Source of the DNA: Methanobacteriota archaeon
GTDB lineage: Archaea; Halobacteriota; Methanomicrobia; Methanomicrobiales; Methanospirillaceae
Length of the DNA: 61,100 nt
NCBI GenBank assembly: GCA_029555345.1
Contig: JAKPSJ010000136.1
Location: 1 to 61,100, forward strand
Direction: 5' to 3'
Shown here: piece by piece, positions 1-9,163 of the stretch
Numbering within the stretch: position 1 is the stretch's first letter
How the letters are laid out: the number at the start of each line of letters is the position of its first letter
Made by a program: the position numbers and the translations under genes
The notes under the pieces: model-generated
What the model saw: only the letters and a program-made list of their open reading frames with translations
The model's database searches: none
What the model was told of the DNA's origin: nothing

Positions 1-287
1 GGCATCTGCCTCGCGTCGCCGCAGAGGACGTGCACGTTGCCCACCCGGGAGACGAGGGGTCGGCAGAGGGAAAGTGCCGGGCGGGCATGGTCCAGCCCGA
101 CGAGGCAGCAGGAGGGATCTCCCTCCAGGGCAGGGCCGATCGCCTGGAGCGTCCTGCAGTCACCGCATCCGACGTCGAGGACCCGCCCTCCCGGGGGGAC
201 GCCAGGCAGGTCCTGCGTGGCCCTGCCATAGATGCGTCCCTTCCGCGAGTACTCCCTCTCCCAGGCGAGGCGGGACCGGTCTTCCAT
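1..287 (-). CDS. Class I SAM-dependent methyltransferase, N-terminal part only (3' end lies beyond the window start)
   Basis: ATG at 287-285. My own translation reads MEDRSRLAWEREYSRKGRIYGRATQDLPGVPPGGRVLDVGCGDCRTLQ..., which includes the VLDVGCG SAM-binding motif. It is absent from the ORF track because it is open at the window edge. Confidence 0.6.
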   Translation of the reverse strand, partial: MEDRSRLAWEREYSRKGRIYGRATQDLPGVPPGGRVLDVGCGDCRTLQAIGPALEGDPSCCLVGLDHARPALSLCRPLVSRVGNVHVLCGDARQM

Positions 288-431
288 GGAGTCACTCCTC
301 CCCGGCCCGGCACCCAGGGGGGTGCCCGGGAAGAACAGGGACCATGAAAAAAGGGAATGAAAGGCTGTGGCGAGGGGCTGGAGCGAACGATGGATAAATG
401 GGAGGTGGAGTCATCCCCCGCGGGGACCGGG

Positions 432-1376
432 TCAGAGGAGACCGAACGATTTCAGCGTCACTTCCGGGTTGACCCCGCCGCAGTGATAGACCACGCCCTC
501 GGAGATCTCGTTGATGACGACTTCTGCCGGGGAAAACAGGGACGTGTCGATCTTGTAGAAGTCGCCGCCAGCCTCTTTGAAGATGTCGTTGAATGGTTTG
601 CCGTATCCCTTCGACTTGTTGCTCGGTATCTTGTCCAGGTAGTCCCGGATCTCGGGCGCCTTCATCGTCAGCATGATGCGGCCGTGGTAGATGGTTGCAT
701 CGTTCGTGACGCCCATCGCCATCTTCGGGCCCCGGACCGGGGGAACCGGGGCAGTGCCGATTGCCGCCGTTATCTTCCGCGTATCGAAATGGAGTTCGTT
801 CAGCTTGAACACGGCTGTCTCCACGCACCGGCCGGAGACCTGGATCGAGCCGACTATCGATGACGTGGGGGCGACCACGGCACAGACGTTCGCCGCGTCG
901 ACGTGGCAGTCCTCCGCGATCTTCTCCATGACCTGCGCATTGGGGAGGTGATCGCTCTCGAGGGCGATGACAGCGGAGTCGAAGTCGTCCTCGTACTCGA
1001 TGACCTCGAACGTGTGCTTCGGCTTGAGCGAAAGCGCCCTCGCAGGCCCGCTGCCCATCGCGAAGTAGTTGTTGTGCTTGATGGTCCACCCCGCCTTCTG
1101 CGACCCGAGGCACGCGATGGAGGGGAAGTCGGTGAAGACATCGATAAACGGGAGGGGACAGTCCTTTATGGACGCCATCCTGAAATTGACCTCTCCAAGG
1201 CCGCCCATGCAGATCTCGGTGAAGGCCCGGCCCGCGGCATACCCGCCGCGTGTACTCACCCCGCAGTCGATGATGCGGGCGCCGTTATCAAGTTCATGGT
1301 ACGCGGCATTGAATTCTTCAGCGTATTCCGCCAGATTCTCGAATATCTCGAGAGCAAGTTCATTGACACTGAGCAC
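432..1376 (-). CDS. mch: Methenyltetrahydromethanopterin cyclohydrolase
   Basis: 314 aa with a GTG start. Full-length resemblance to Mch (LSVNE...IIDCGV...GGL...AMGSGPARAL...TNDATIYHG). Confidence 0.93.
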   Translation of the reverse strand: MLSVNELALEIFENLAEYAEEFNAAYHELDNGARIIDCGVSTRGGYAAGRAFTEICMGGLGEVNFRMASIKDCPLPFIDVFTDFPSIACLGSQKAGWTIKHNNYFAMGSGPARALSLKPKHTFEVIEYEDDFDSAVIALESDHLPNAQVMEKIAEDCHVDAANVCAVVAPTSSIVGSIQVSGRCVETAVFKLNELHFDTRKITAAIGTAPVPPVRGPKMAMGVTNDATIYHGRIMLTMKAPEIRDYLDKIPSNKSKGYGKPFNDIFKEAGGDFYKIDTSLFSPAEVVINEISEGVVYHCGGVNPEVTLKSFGLL

Positions 1377-1453
1377 GTGGAGTACCCCCTTTTACCATAG
1401 AACATACCCGGCAAATAGATAAGAGTTATTAAATGATCGTTTTATAAAAGGGT

Positions 1454-2560
1454 TCAGGAGATATACTCGCAGATTTTCGCCGGGTTGTAACGAAGGGAGA
1501 TCACCCTCGTGCGCCCTTTCCCGTCGCGGTATTCGAGGTCCACGAGGCGGAGTGCATCGAGTTTCCTGACGATCTCGTAGAAACGCGTGTACCCGAGTGC
1601 AGACTCTCCCTTGACCGCCCGGTAAGCATCCCCCGCGTTCATCTCCCCGCCCCCTGCTGCATGGCGTGCGAGGATCCCGAGGACATCCTTCTCGTCGGGC
1701 TTAAGTGTCCTCACGGACGATGCGAGGTGGATGTACCTGGAGACCTCGTAAGCGCCGCAGATGTCTTCGCTCTCGATCTTCCGGCTTGCCCTCTTCTCGG
1801 CGTTCAGGCCGGCACGCTTGAGCAGGTCGATCCCGACACGGAGATCACCGCTCTTCTGGGTCTGCTCCACCACGAGGTCGAACATCTCGGGGGGGAGGCT
1901 GCCAGGGTACAGGCCCTGCATCACGCGTTCGCCGATGATCGTCCTCACCTCCTCGGCCGTGTAGGGCGGGAAGTAAATCTCCGTCGGCCGGAAGACGGAG
2001 GAGACCCGTGCATCGACGACGGACGAGAGGTCGACGTCCATGTCGCTCAGGATGACGATCACCCCGGTCCGGAGTCCGGGATACGCCTCGTGGGACCGGA
2101 GGAGCGTGTAGAGGACCCTGTTGAGCTCGTTCTCGTAGAGGAGGTAGTTCGCGTCGTCGAGTGCCACGAGGAGCACCTGCTCTTCCTTCTGGAGGATCCT
2201 CCCGATCGCATCGAAGACCTGTTTGAAGGACGTCCCGGAGGACGGCGGGAGGTGCCCCGAGAGCCTCCGGTAGATCTGGGAGAAGATCGAGAACTTGGTA
2301 TTGTCGATCTGGCAGTTGATGTGGACAGGGACGATTCTCTTCGTGGTCTCCTCGATCTCGGCGAACAGCCTCTTGACGCTCGTCGTCTTCCCGGTCCCAG
2401 GGAGGCCCCGGCAGACGGTGTTGAGCGGACGCCCCCCCTTCATCCCCGGCTTGATCTGGAACGCGAGCTCCCGCATCTGGGTCTCGCGGAAGTTGAACTG
2501 ATCGGGCACGTAATCGATCTCGAAGACCTCGGGGTCCCGAAAGAGCGTCTCGTCCCACAT
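1454..2560 (-). CDS. cdc6: Orc1/Cdc6 replication initiator (AAA+ with C-terminal winged helix)
   Basis: Internal ATG at 2560 (MWDETLFRDPEVFEIDYVP). Walker A GLPGTGKTT and Walker B LLVALDDANYL. The upstream 37 codons of the ORF look like a non-coding extension. Confidence 0.9.
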   Translation of the reverse strand: MWDETLFRDPEVFEIDYVPDQFNFRETQMRELAFQIKPGMKGGRPLNTVCRGLPGTGKTTSVKRLFAEIEETTKRIVPVHINCQIDNTKFSIFSQIYRRLSGHLPPSSGTSFKQVFDAIGRILQKEEQVLLVALDDANYLLYENELNRVLYTLLRSHEAYPGLRTGVIVILSDMDVDLSSVVDARVSSVFRPTEIYFPPYTAEEVRTIIGERVMQGLYPGSLPPEMFDLVVEQTQKSGDLRVGIDLLKRAGLNAEKRASRKIESEDICGAYEVSRYIHLASSVRTLKPDEKDVLGILARHAAGGGEMNAGDAYRAVKGESALGYTRFYEIVRKLDALRLVDLEYRDGKGRTRVISLRYNPAKICEYIS

Positions 2561-2627
2561 GAGGATGTCCTTCTTCACTTGGCCCAGTCTCCCTGCCACG
2601 ACCCCTGCGCTCCGCGCTGCAGGTGCC

Positions 2628-3101
2628 CTAGACGTTCTTGAGGCATTTCCTGCACAGCGTCCTGCTCGCAAAGAGCATGCTCATCTTCTGTTCTGCCGGT
2701 TTGACGGGAGCCCCGCACACCTCGCATGCCAGGTCCCCGGCCGTGTCCCCGGTTTCAGCGACGGCTGGCTTCGCAGGCTCCTCCTGCCGGGGGAGCGTCA
2801 CCTGGGTGACCGGTTTTTCCGGTTCGGCCTGCAGGGAGGAGGACTCGCCCATGCGAGTTGCCTTTTCCTCTGCAACGGGCGCCGGGGATCCTGCCGGGAG
2901 GACGCGGCGGCGGAACGCCTCCACTCTCTCCCTCGAGGACGGGTCTCCCTGCCCGAACTTCTGCAGGACGGTGTCGAGGAACCGGGCGAGTTCTTCTGCG
3001 TCCCCCTCGTCCTGGACAGGGCCGCTCACTTCCAGGCGGAGGTTCTCGTAGTTCTCGAGGTTCACCGTGATGCCGATCGAAAGTGTCCTCTGCCCTTCCA
3101 T
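2628..3101 (-). CDS. Hypothetical protein: N-terminal globular domain, acidic/Pro-rich linker, C-terminal CxxC...CxxC zinc ribbon
   Basis: 157 aa with an ATG start and GC-rich third codon positions. Ends in CEVCGAPV...CRKC. Lies 67 nt upstream of cdc6 on the same strand. Confidence 0.6.
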   Translation of the reverse strand: MEGQRTLSIGITVNLENYENLRLEVSGPVQDEGDAEELARFLDTVLQKFGQGDPSSRERVEAFRRRVLPAGSPAPVAEEKATRMGESSSLQAEPEKPVTQVTLPRQEEPAKPAVAETGDTAGDLACEVCGAPVKPAEQKMSMLFASRTLCRKCLKNV

Positions 3102-3224
3102 TGGATCATATTCTGCAGGTCTTTCTAATGAAAGTGCCCCCGGTCTGCACGGGGGGCAGCGGGTCCAGCGGGACCATGCCGCCTCTCCTGCGGCTGCACG
3201 GGGAAAGAGGCGGATCTCCCCTCG

Positions 3225-4757
3225 TCAGGAGACGGTTACCTGCGCACCCGTGTTGGAGCCGGTGGTGCAGATCACCTCGCCCCCCCCGGACCGGTCCAGC
3301 GTCTTCCTGCAGGCCCGTTCGATATCGCCGGTGTCGCCCTCGCCGAACGCGAAGACGACCGGGCCGAAGGAACTCAGGCCCGCACCCGCTGCCCCTGCCT
3401 CCCGCATCGCCTCCATCAGCTCCTGGGTGACGTGGTGGGCAAACGAATTCTCGACCTTCTTGAACCCGAGCCCCTGCATCCTGTCCACGGCCCGGCCGAA
3501 GAGCTCGAGGTCCTCCTCAACGAGGGCCGGGAGGAGGGAGACGAGGACCAGGTGGGAGAGCTGTCGGACCTCGTCGAGCGGGACAGGGCAGTTGGTTGAG
3601 AAGAGGTCTTTTTCGCCGGTGCCGCTCGCCCCGGTGCAGTTCTCCGGCATGGCGAGGAGGACCTTCCACCGTGGCGGGAAGGGGTGGCGCATGACCACTT
3701 CGGGCGGGCGCACGCCGCGCGATGCCGAGGAGGGGAGGAATGCGGACTTGTCTTTCGATGCGCCGAGGGAGTGGCCCCCGTCGCAGATGAACCCGCCGGT
3801 CCCGAAGGCCGCGGTGCCTATCCCCGACGTCCCGCCGCGCCCGGTCATGCGGGCGAGCTCGCGCGGTGCAGAGACCTGGCCGTACAGGTGGCAGAGGGCG
3901 GTCGCCGCCGAGAGGGCGAGCTGCGTCCCGCGGCCGAGCCCAACGTGGCCCGGGTAGGCCGACTGGAGGGTGAACTCGGCGCCGCCGGGGAGCCGGAGAG
4001 CCCCTGAAACGGCCCGTGCTGCCGCGAGGACGCGCTCCTGCGCGTCAGCGTCGCCGCCCCGCACGGCAAACCCCTTGCCCCGGCGGGCGGAGAGGATAAT
4101 GCCGGGATCACTGAGTGCAAGCCCGATCCCGCCGTCGACGCGCCCGAGGCTCCCGTTCATGTCGAGGAGCCCGAGGTGTATGCGGGACGGTGCGCGTACG
4201 ACGACCCGCCGCTCGCCGGCAAAGCTGGCTGCAGGGAATACCTCTTCGATGTGCATGAGGGGGGAGTCCTCGTGGATGATCCGGTACTGGCGCGAGAGGA
4301 AGAGTGGGTTTCCGGAGAGCCCGAAGGCCCGGGCGATATCGGGTGCACGGGGGCCGGCAGACATTGCGACGATCTCCCTCCGCGTCTCGAGCTTGTGGTG
4401 TTCGAGGATCTTTCCTATCGGGATATCGGCACGCATGAGGTCGTCGCGGAAAGAGGGCAGGAGCCTCGAGAGCGGGGTATACGACTCGGCGTAGATGAGC
4501 GTCTCGCTCGTCTTCGTGTTCTTCAGCTCGACGATTCGGTGGTTGACCTCGTCGCCCGGGCGGAGCTGGAGCTTCCCGGCCACTGCAGGGTCGGCGTCCA
4601 CGATCTCCTGGAGCCGCGTGGTGACGGCGACCGGTGCACTGCAGGCGAGTTCCAGGAGGCGCGTGACGGAACCGTCGGTCCCGAGGAGGACTCTCTGCAG
4701 GGGGGAGAGGGGCCCCGCGTCGCGTTCGAGCTCGTCGCACAGCAAGAATTCCTTCAT
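3225..4757 (-). CDS. Fusion protein: DUF98/chorismate-lyase-like N-domain plus beta-ribofuranosylaminobenzene 5'-phosphate (RFAP) synthase (GHMP-kinase fold)
   Basis: ATG at 4757 (MKEFLLCDE); the track start at 4790 is TTG. N-terminal part has LLGTDGSVTRLLE...IPIGKIL. C-terminal part has APSRIHLGLLD...GGIGLAL...GHVGLGRGTQLALS...GGTSGIGTAAF. Confidence 0.85.
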   Translation of the reverse strand: MKEFLLCDELERDAGPLSPLQRVLLGTDGSVTRLLELACSAPVAVTTRLQEIVDADPAVAGKLQLRPGDEVNHRIVELKNTKTSETLIYAESYTPLSRLLPSFRDDLMRADIPIGKILEHHKLETRREIVAMSAGPRAPDIARAFGLSGNPLFLSRQYRIIHEDSPLMHIEEVFPAASFAGERRVVVRAPSRIHLGLLDMNGSLGRVDGGIGLALSDPGIILSARRGKGFAVRGGDADAQERVLAAARAVSGALRLPGGAEFTLQSAYPGHVGLGRGTQLALSAATALCHLYGQVSAPRELARMTGRGGTSGIGTAAFGTGGFICDGGHSLGASKDKSAFLPSSASRGVRPPEVVMRHPFPPRWKVLLAMPENCTGASGTGEKDLFSTNCPVPLDEVRQLSHLVLVSLLPALVEEDLELFGRAVDRMQGLGFKKVENSFAHHVTQELMEAMREAGAAGAGLSSFGPVVFAFGEGDTGDIERACRKTLDRSGGGEVICTTGSNTGAQVTVS

Positions 4758-4805
4758 GTCTGAGGAGGAGATGGTACCCGCACCATACAATCCTTCCCCC
4801 TGTGG

Positions 4806-5978
4806 TCAGATCGGTGCCCCGTCCAGGAGCAGGGGGAGGAACTCGGGCCCGTCGAGGACTCCGAGCGATCCGCATGCCGCTTCCCGCTCGCAGAACGACC
4901 GGCACCCGTCCTTTCCGGCGCCGAGGATCGCGAATGGGACCGGGTCGCGCGAGTGGGTGCGGAGGCGGAGGGGCGTCGGGTGATCGGGGAGGACGGCGAT
5001 CCGTGCGCGGCAGCCTTCGATGATCGTCCCGACCAGCCCGTCCAGGCGCTCGATGGCCCTGATCTTCTCCTCGAGGCTCCCGAGGTGGCCCGCCTCGTCG
5101 GGGGCCTCCACGTGGACGTACACAAAGTCGAGGCGGCGGAGCGCGTCCAGGGCGTAGCGGGCCTTGGCCTGGTAATCGGTATCGAGGTAACCGGTCGCGC
5201 CCGGGACGACGATCACCTCCATCTTTGCGCACCTCGCGATCCCGCGGAGGAGGTCGACGGCCGATATGACCCCGCCCGATACCCCGTACTTCCCGGAAAA
5301 CGGTGCGAGTGCCGGCGCCCTCCCGCCGCTCCAGGGCCAGACGTGGGTCGCGGGGGGGAGCCCCCGGGAGACCCTGGCCAGGTTGACGGGGTGGCGGGCG
5401 AACACATGTCCGGAGGCCTCGATGCAGGACCGGAGGACCCCTGCATCGTCCCCTTCGGGGAGGTTCCGGCCGATCGCCTGGCCCACGATGTCATGGGGCG
5501 GGACCGTCCTCGCGCCTCCCCCGCCCGGGAGGACGAGGACGTTCCGGTAGCTCACGCCGGGATAGAAGCGGACCGGGGGGATCGCCTCCTGCAGGTCGGA
5601 GAGGAGCGCCGCCCCTTCCGCGCTCGATATGTGCCCGGCGGAGGAGTCTGCCATGGTCCCGTCCCTGATCGTCACCAGGTTGCAGCGGTACGCGATCTCC
5701 GATCCCGCGAGCTCGATCCCCATGCTCGCGGCCTCGAGCGGGCCCCTGCCGGTGTAGCATTCCCGCGGGTCGTACCCGAGGATCGAGAGGTTCGCGATGT
5801 CGGAGCCTGCCTCGCACCCCGGCGGGATGGTGCGGAGCATGCCGCAGCACCCCTCTCTCGCGATGCGGTCCATGTTCGGGGTCTTTGCGTACTCGAGCGG
5901 CGTCTTTCCCCCGAGCTCCCCGAGGGGCTCGTCCGCCATCCCGTCCCCGAGGACCACGACAAACTTTCTCTCTCTCAT
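4806..5978 (-). CDS. apgM: 2,3-bisphosphoglycerate-independent phosphoglycerate mutase, archaeal type
   Basis: Internal ATG at 5978 (MRERKFVVVLGDGMADEP...). Has the HVEAPDEAGH metal-site motif. The rest of the 641-aa ORF is an upstream artefact. Confidence 0.9.
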   Translation of the reverse strand: MRERKFVVVLGDGMADEPLGELGGKTPLEYAKTPNMDRIAREGCCGMLRTIPPGCEAGSDIANLSILGYDPRECYTGRGPLEAASMGIELAGSEIAYRCNLVTIRDGTMADSSAGHISSAEGAALLSDLQEAIPPVRFYPGVSYRNVLVLPGGGGARTVPPHDIVGQAIGRNLPEGDDAGVLRSCIEASGHVFARHPVNLARVSRGLPPATHVWPWSGGRAPALAPFSGKYGVSGGVISAVDLLRGIARCAKMEVIVVPGATGYLDTDYQAKARYALDALRRLDFVYVHVEAPDEAGHLGSLEEKIRAIERLDGLVGTIIEGCRARIAVLPDHPTPLRLRTHSRDPVPFAILGAGKDGCRSFCEREAACGSLGVLDGPEFLPLLLDGAPI

Positions 5979-6442
5979 TGTCCTCCAAACAGTGTCAGGA
6001 TCCCCAGGAGGGGCAGGGTCGTGACGGCCGCGGCCACGAAGGCACCGCCGACGATCGCGAGCAGCGCCTCCCGGAACCGTATCTGGAATACGAACGCCGC
6101 GGCGCACCCGCTCCACGTCCCCGTGGCAGGGACCGGGAGCGCCACGAGGAGGAAGAGTGCCGGTGTGCCGTAGCGCCGGATCGCCTCCTCGTGCCGCCCC
6201 GTCCTCTCGAAGAGCCACGAGAAGAACCGGTCCATGGTCTTCGAGCGGGCCCGGAGCCACCCGGACACCGCGTCGAGCAGGAGCAGGAGCGGGACGACGG
6301 GGAGGAGGTTCCCGATCATCCCGAGCGCGAACGCGGTCGCGGGCGGAAACCCGTAGAGGATGGCAGCGGGAATGGCGTACCGGGCCTCGAAGAACGGGAG
6401 CGCACCGAGCACGACGACAGTGAGGGCGGAAAGGAGGTCCAT
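5975..6442 (-). CDS. Small polytopic membrane protein (COG2426-like putative small multidrug export protein)
   Basis: 155 aa with about 4 TM helices. ATGA overlap with the apgM start. Confidence 0.7.
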   Translation of the reverse strand: MDLLSALTVVVLGALPFFEARYAIPAAILYGFPPATAFALGMIGNLLPVVPLLLLLDAVSGWLRARSKTMDRFFSWLFERTGRHEEAIRRYGTPALFLLVALPVPATGTWSGCAAAFVFQIRFREALLAIVGGAFVAAAVTTLPLLGILTLFGGQ

Positions 6443-6445
6443 CGG

Positions 6446-7378
6446 CTACTCCAGCATGGCAGCGACCGCCCTCTCCACGCTCTCGCGAGACCCGAAAGGC
6501 GGCTTCCACCCGAGCGACTTCATTTTCTGTACCGAGAGCTGCATCCGGGGGACATCGCCGACCCACCCGCGTTCCCCGCCGGTGAAGACGTACTCCACTC
6601 CGGACAGGCCCATCCCCTCCACGACGAGGTCCGCGATGGATCGGACGTCTATCCAGTCCTCGGAACCGATGTTGAAGACGTTCACCCTGTCCGGGGCGTG
6701 GTCCACCGCATAGAGCATGGCGTCCACGCATGCGGCGACCTCAAGGTAGGACTTCGACTGGCGCCCGTCTCCGAGGATCTCGAGCCGCCGCGGGTCCGAG
6801 GAGAGCTTCCGGATGAAGTCGTGGATGACACCGTGGCCGCCCCTCTTCCCGACGATGTTCGCGAACCGGAATATCCAGGCTTTCATCCCGAAACTGTGGC
6901 AGTACGCAGAGATCAGCGCCTCGCAGGAGAGCTTGGTGGCCCCGTAGACCGAGACGGGCTCGAGAGGTGCATACTCCTCGGGGGTCGGGATGACCTTCGC
7001 GTCGCCGTACACGGTCGAGGTCGAGGTGAAGACGATCTCCGGGACGCCGGCCATGCGCATCGCCTCGAGGACACGCCAGGTCGCGATTATGTTCTGGTGG
7101 ACCTGGGAACCAGGGGTGAAGGCCCCCTGCCGGACGTCGGGGTCCGCGGCGAGGTGCCACACCCTCGCCGTTCCGAAGAGGGCGGACTGCCAGCCGTCGC
7201 CGAGGAGATCGGCCCTGATGAACCGGACCCGGCCCCCGGAGAGGTGGGCGGAGAGGTTCTCCTCCGAGCCGCTCCGCAGGGAGTCGACGACAACGACCGA
7301 TTCCCCCCGTGCGACGAGTGCGTCCACGAGGTGGGAACCGATGAACCCCGCACCCCCTGTCACCACGCAGGCCGCCAT
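6446..7378 (-). CDS. NAD-dependent sugar-nucleotide epimerase/dehydratase (SDR family)
   Basis: GGAGFIGSHL Rossmann motif and YGATK catalytic YxxxK. Confidence 0.9.
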   Translation of the reverse strand: MAACVVTGGAGFIGSHLVDALVARGESVVVVDSLRSGSEENLSAHLSGGRVRFIRADLLGDGWQSALFGTARVWHLAADPDVRQGAFTPGSQVHQNIIATWRVLEAMRMAGVPEIVFTSTSTVYGDAKVIPTPEEYAPLEPVSVYGATKLSCEALISAYCHSFGMKAWIFRFANIVGKRGGHGVIHDFIRKLSSDPRRLEILGDGRQSKSYLEVAACVDAMLYAVDHAPDRVNVFNIGSEDWIDVRSIADLVVEGMGLSGVEYVFTGGERGWVGDVPRMQLSVQKMKSLGWKPPFGSRESVERAVAAMLE

Positions 7379-7419
7379 ATCCTAAATATATGTGCCAGTT
7401 ATGTATTAGGAATAGTGCT
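7379..7419. promoter_or_regulatory. AT-rich divergent promoter region between the epimerase gene and the marker-12 gene
   Basis: The sequence cctaaatatatgtgccagttatgtattaggaatagtgct contains TATA-like aaatatat in an otherwise GC-rich context. Confidence 0.3.
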
Positions 7420-8298
7420 ATGTTCATCGGGATAGACCACGGGACATCCGCGATGCGGTTTTCGGGCGGGCCGGGCCACAGGTTCAAGGTCCAAAGGGAG
7501 GACGCCGTCGGATTCGAGGTGCACGATCTCGAGGCGATATGCCCCCTGGAAGATATCGAGGGCATCGCTCTCTCGTACTCGATGGGGGACAACTTCTCGG
7601 AGATCACCCCCGTACGGACCCTCTCGAACAGGGGCCTCGTCAGCCGGGACGGTGCCGGCAAGCACATCGGCGGGGGGACGAGGGTCTTCGACCGGGTGGC
7701 AGGGAGCGCGATCCCTGCCGTGGCGGTCCCGGGCCTCCACCGCGGGTCTCCGACCGACCCCCGGTTCAACGTCTATTCGCACCAGGCGAGCCCCGAGAAA
7801 GTCGGCATCGCGTTCCGGGCGGCACGGGACCTCGGCCCGGACGTCGTCGTCTCGGACATCAGCTCGAACACGGTCACCCTGCTCGTGAAGGGCGGGAGGC
7901 TCGCCGGTGCCATCGATGCCTGCATCTTCGCCCCGGGGACAGAACACGGCGCCCTGGACGTGGACGCCATCCGGAAGGTCGACCGGGAGGAGATCACGGC
8001 GAACCAGGCCTTCCTGTCGGCGGGCGTGAACCACACCCTCCCCCCGGAGGAGAGGCTGCCTGCACTGGCGCTCTTCGCAGCGATGGAATGCGCTGCGCTC
8101 CTCGTCCTCGACCCGGGCGCACGGGTGGCCCTCGCGGGGGGCATGGCCCCGGCTGTCGGGGAGGCCGTGGAGTCGCTCCTGGAGAGGGACATCGCACTCT
8201 ACGACGAGTGGTGTGCAGCCGACGGGCTCTCTCTCATCGCGGAAGAGGTGTTTTCCCGTGGCGCAAGGACGATCCTCGGTCTCTCCGTGAGCCTGTGA
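7420..8298 (+). CDS. Methanogenesis marker protein 12 (UPF0285, ASKHA-fold-like)
   Basis: ATG at 7420 (MFIGIDHGTSAMRF...). Recognised as the methanogen-specific marker 12 family. Confidence 0.8.
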   Translation: MFIGIDHGTSAMRFSGGPGHRFKVQREDAVGFEVHDLEAICPLEDIEGIALSYSMGDNFSEITPVRTLSNRGLVSRDGAGKHIGGGTRVFDRVAGSAIPAVAVPGLHRGSPTDPRFNVYSHQASPEKVGIAFRAARDLGPDVVVSDISSNTVTLLVKGGRLAGAIDACIFAPGTEHGALDVDAIRKVDREEITANQAFLSAGVNHTLPPEERLPALALFAAMECAALLVLDPGARVALAGGMAPAVGEAVESLLERDIALYDEWCAADGLSLIAEEVFSRGARTILGLSVSL

Positions 8299-8313
8299 AG
8301 GACGAATCGCACC

Positions 8314-8342
8314 ATTTTATTATGATTAATAATGTAAAATTG
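8314..8342 (+). promoter_or_regulatory. Candidate por operon promoter (AT-rich TATA region)
   Basis: attttattatgattaataatgtaaaat lies immediately upstream of the porC GTG. Confidence 0.35.
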
Positions 8343-8346
8343 TACC

Positions 8347-8898
8347 GTGATTTCCTTGCGTGAGCTGCGCATTCATGGTCGAGGCGGACAGGGGTCGGTC
8401 ACCGCCGCAGAATTGATCGCCGTGGCGGCCTTCGCCGGGGGCGTGTACTCCCAGGCGTTCCCGGCCTTCGGGGTGGAGAGGAGGGGTGCACCTGTCCAGG
8501 CGTTCGTCAGGTTCGACGACAAGAAGATCCGGTTGAGGAGCCAGGTATACGACCCGGACTACATCATCGTCCAGGACAGCACGCTCATCAGCGATGTCAA
8601 CGTCTTCCAGGGAGTCAGGGACGGCGGGATCGTCATCGTGAACACGGAAAAGCCCCTCAGGGCGCCGGTGCCGCCCGGGGTGAAGGTCATTACGCTGGAC
8701 GCGACCAGCATCGCCCTGAAAAACCTCAGTGTCCCGATCACGAACACCACCCTGATGGGGGCCTTTGCCGCGGCCAGTGGCGAGATCGACCTCGGGGCAC
8801 TGGAAAAGGCGATCCGGGGGAGGTTCACGGGTGAGATGGCGGAAAAGAACGTGGCAGCGGCACGGGAGGCTTACGCCCGCGTGAAGGAGGTGGCCTGA
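8347..8898 (+). CDS. porC: Pyruvate:ferredoxin oxidoreductase gamma subunit
   Basis: GTG start; IHGRGGQG motif. Confidence 0.9.
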   Translation: MISLRELRIHGRGGQGSVTAAELIAVAAFAGGVYSQAFPAFGVERRGAPVQAFVRFDDKKIRLRSQVYDPDYIIVQDSTLISDVNVFQGVRDGGIVIVNTEKPLRAPVPPGVKVITLDATSIALKNLSVPITNTTLMGAFAAASGEIDLGALEKAIRGRFTGEMAEKNVAAAREAYARVKEVA

Positions 8899-8901
8899 AC
8901 C

Positions 8902-9162
8902 ATGGCGCTCGGTCTGGGCTGTTCATCGCGGCCGGGGACGTCCCGGGCGAACAGGACGGGGAGCTGGAGGACGTTCCGCCCCGTGTTCCTGCACGACAAG
9001 TGCACGAAGTGCGGGCTCTGCGTCTCCGTGTGCCCGGAGGGGTGCGTCGTGGCGGACAGCGAGGGCATTCCCGAGCCCGACTACGATTACTGCAAGGGAT
9101 GCGGCCTGTGCGCCGAGGAGTGCCCTGCGGGGGCAATCGAGATGCAGAAGGAGGAGAAATAG
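8902..9162 (+). CDS. porD: Pyruvate:ferredoxin oxidoreductase delta subunit (2x[4Fe-4S])
   Basis: CTKCGLCVSVCP and CKGCGLCAEECP motifs. Confidence 0.9.
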   Translation: MALGLGCSSRPGTSRANRTGSWRTFRPVFLHDKCTKCGLCVSVCPEGCVVADSEGIPEPDYDYCKGCGLCAEECPAGAIEMQKEEK

Positions 9163-9163
9163 G

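Noticed and set aside
1377-3224. Replication origin adjacent to orc1/cdc6
   Set aside because: The flanking intergenic spaces are short (77, 67 and 123 nt) and not AT-rich, and I could not find repeated ORB-like boxes. This is probably a non-origin-linked Cdc6 paralog.
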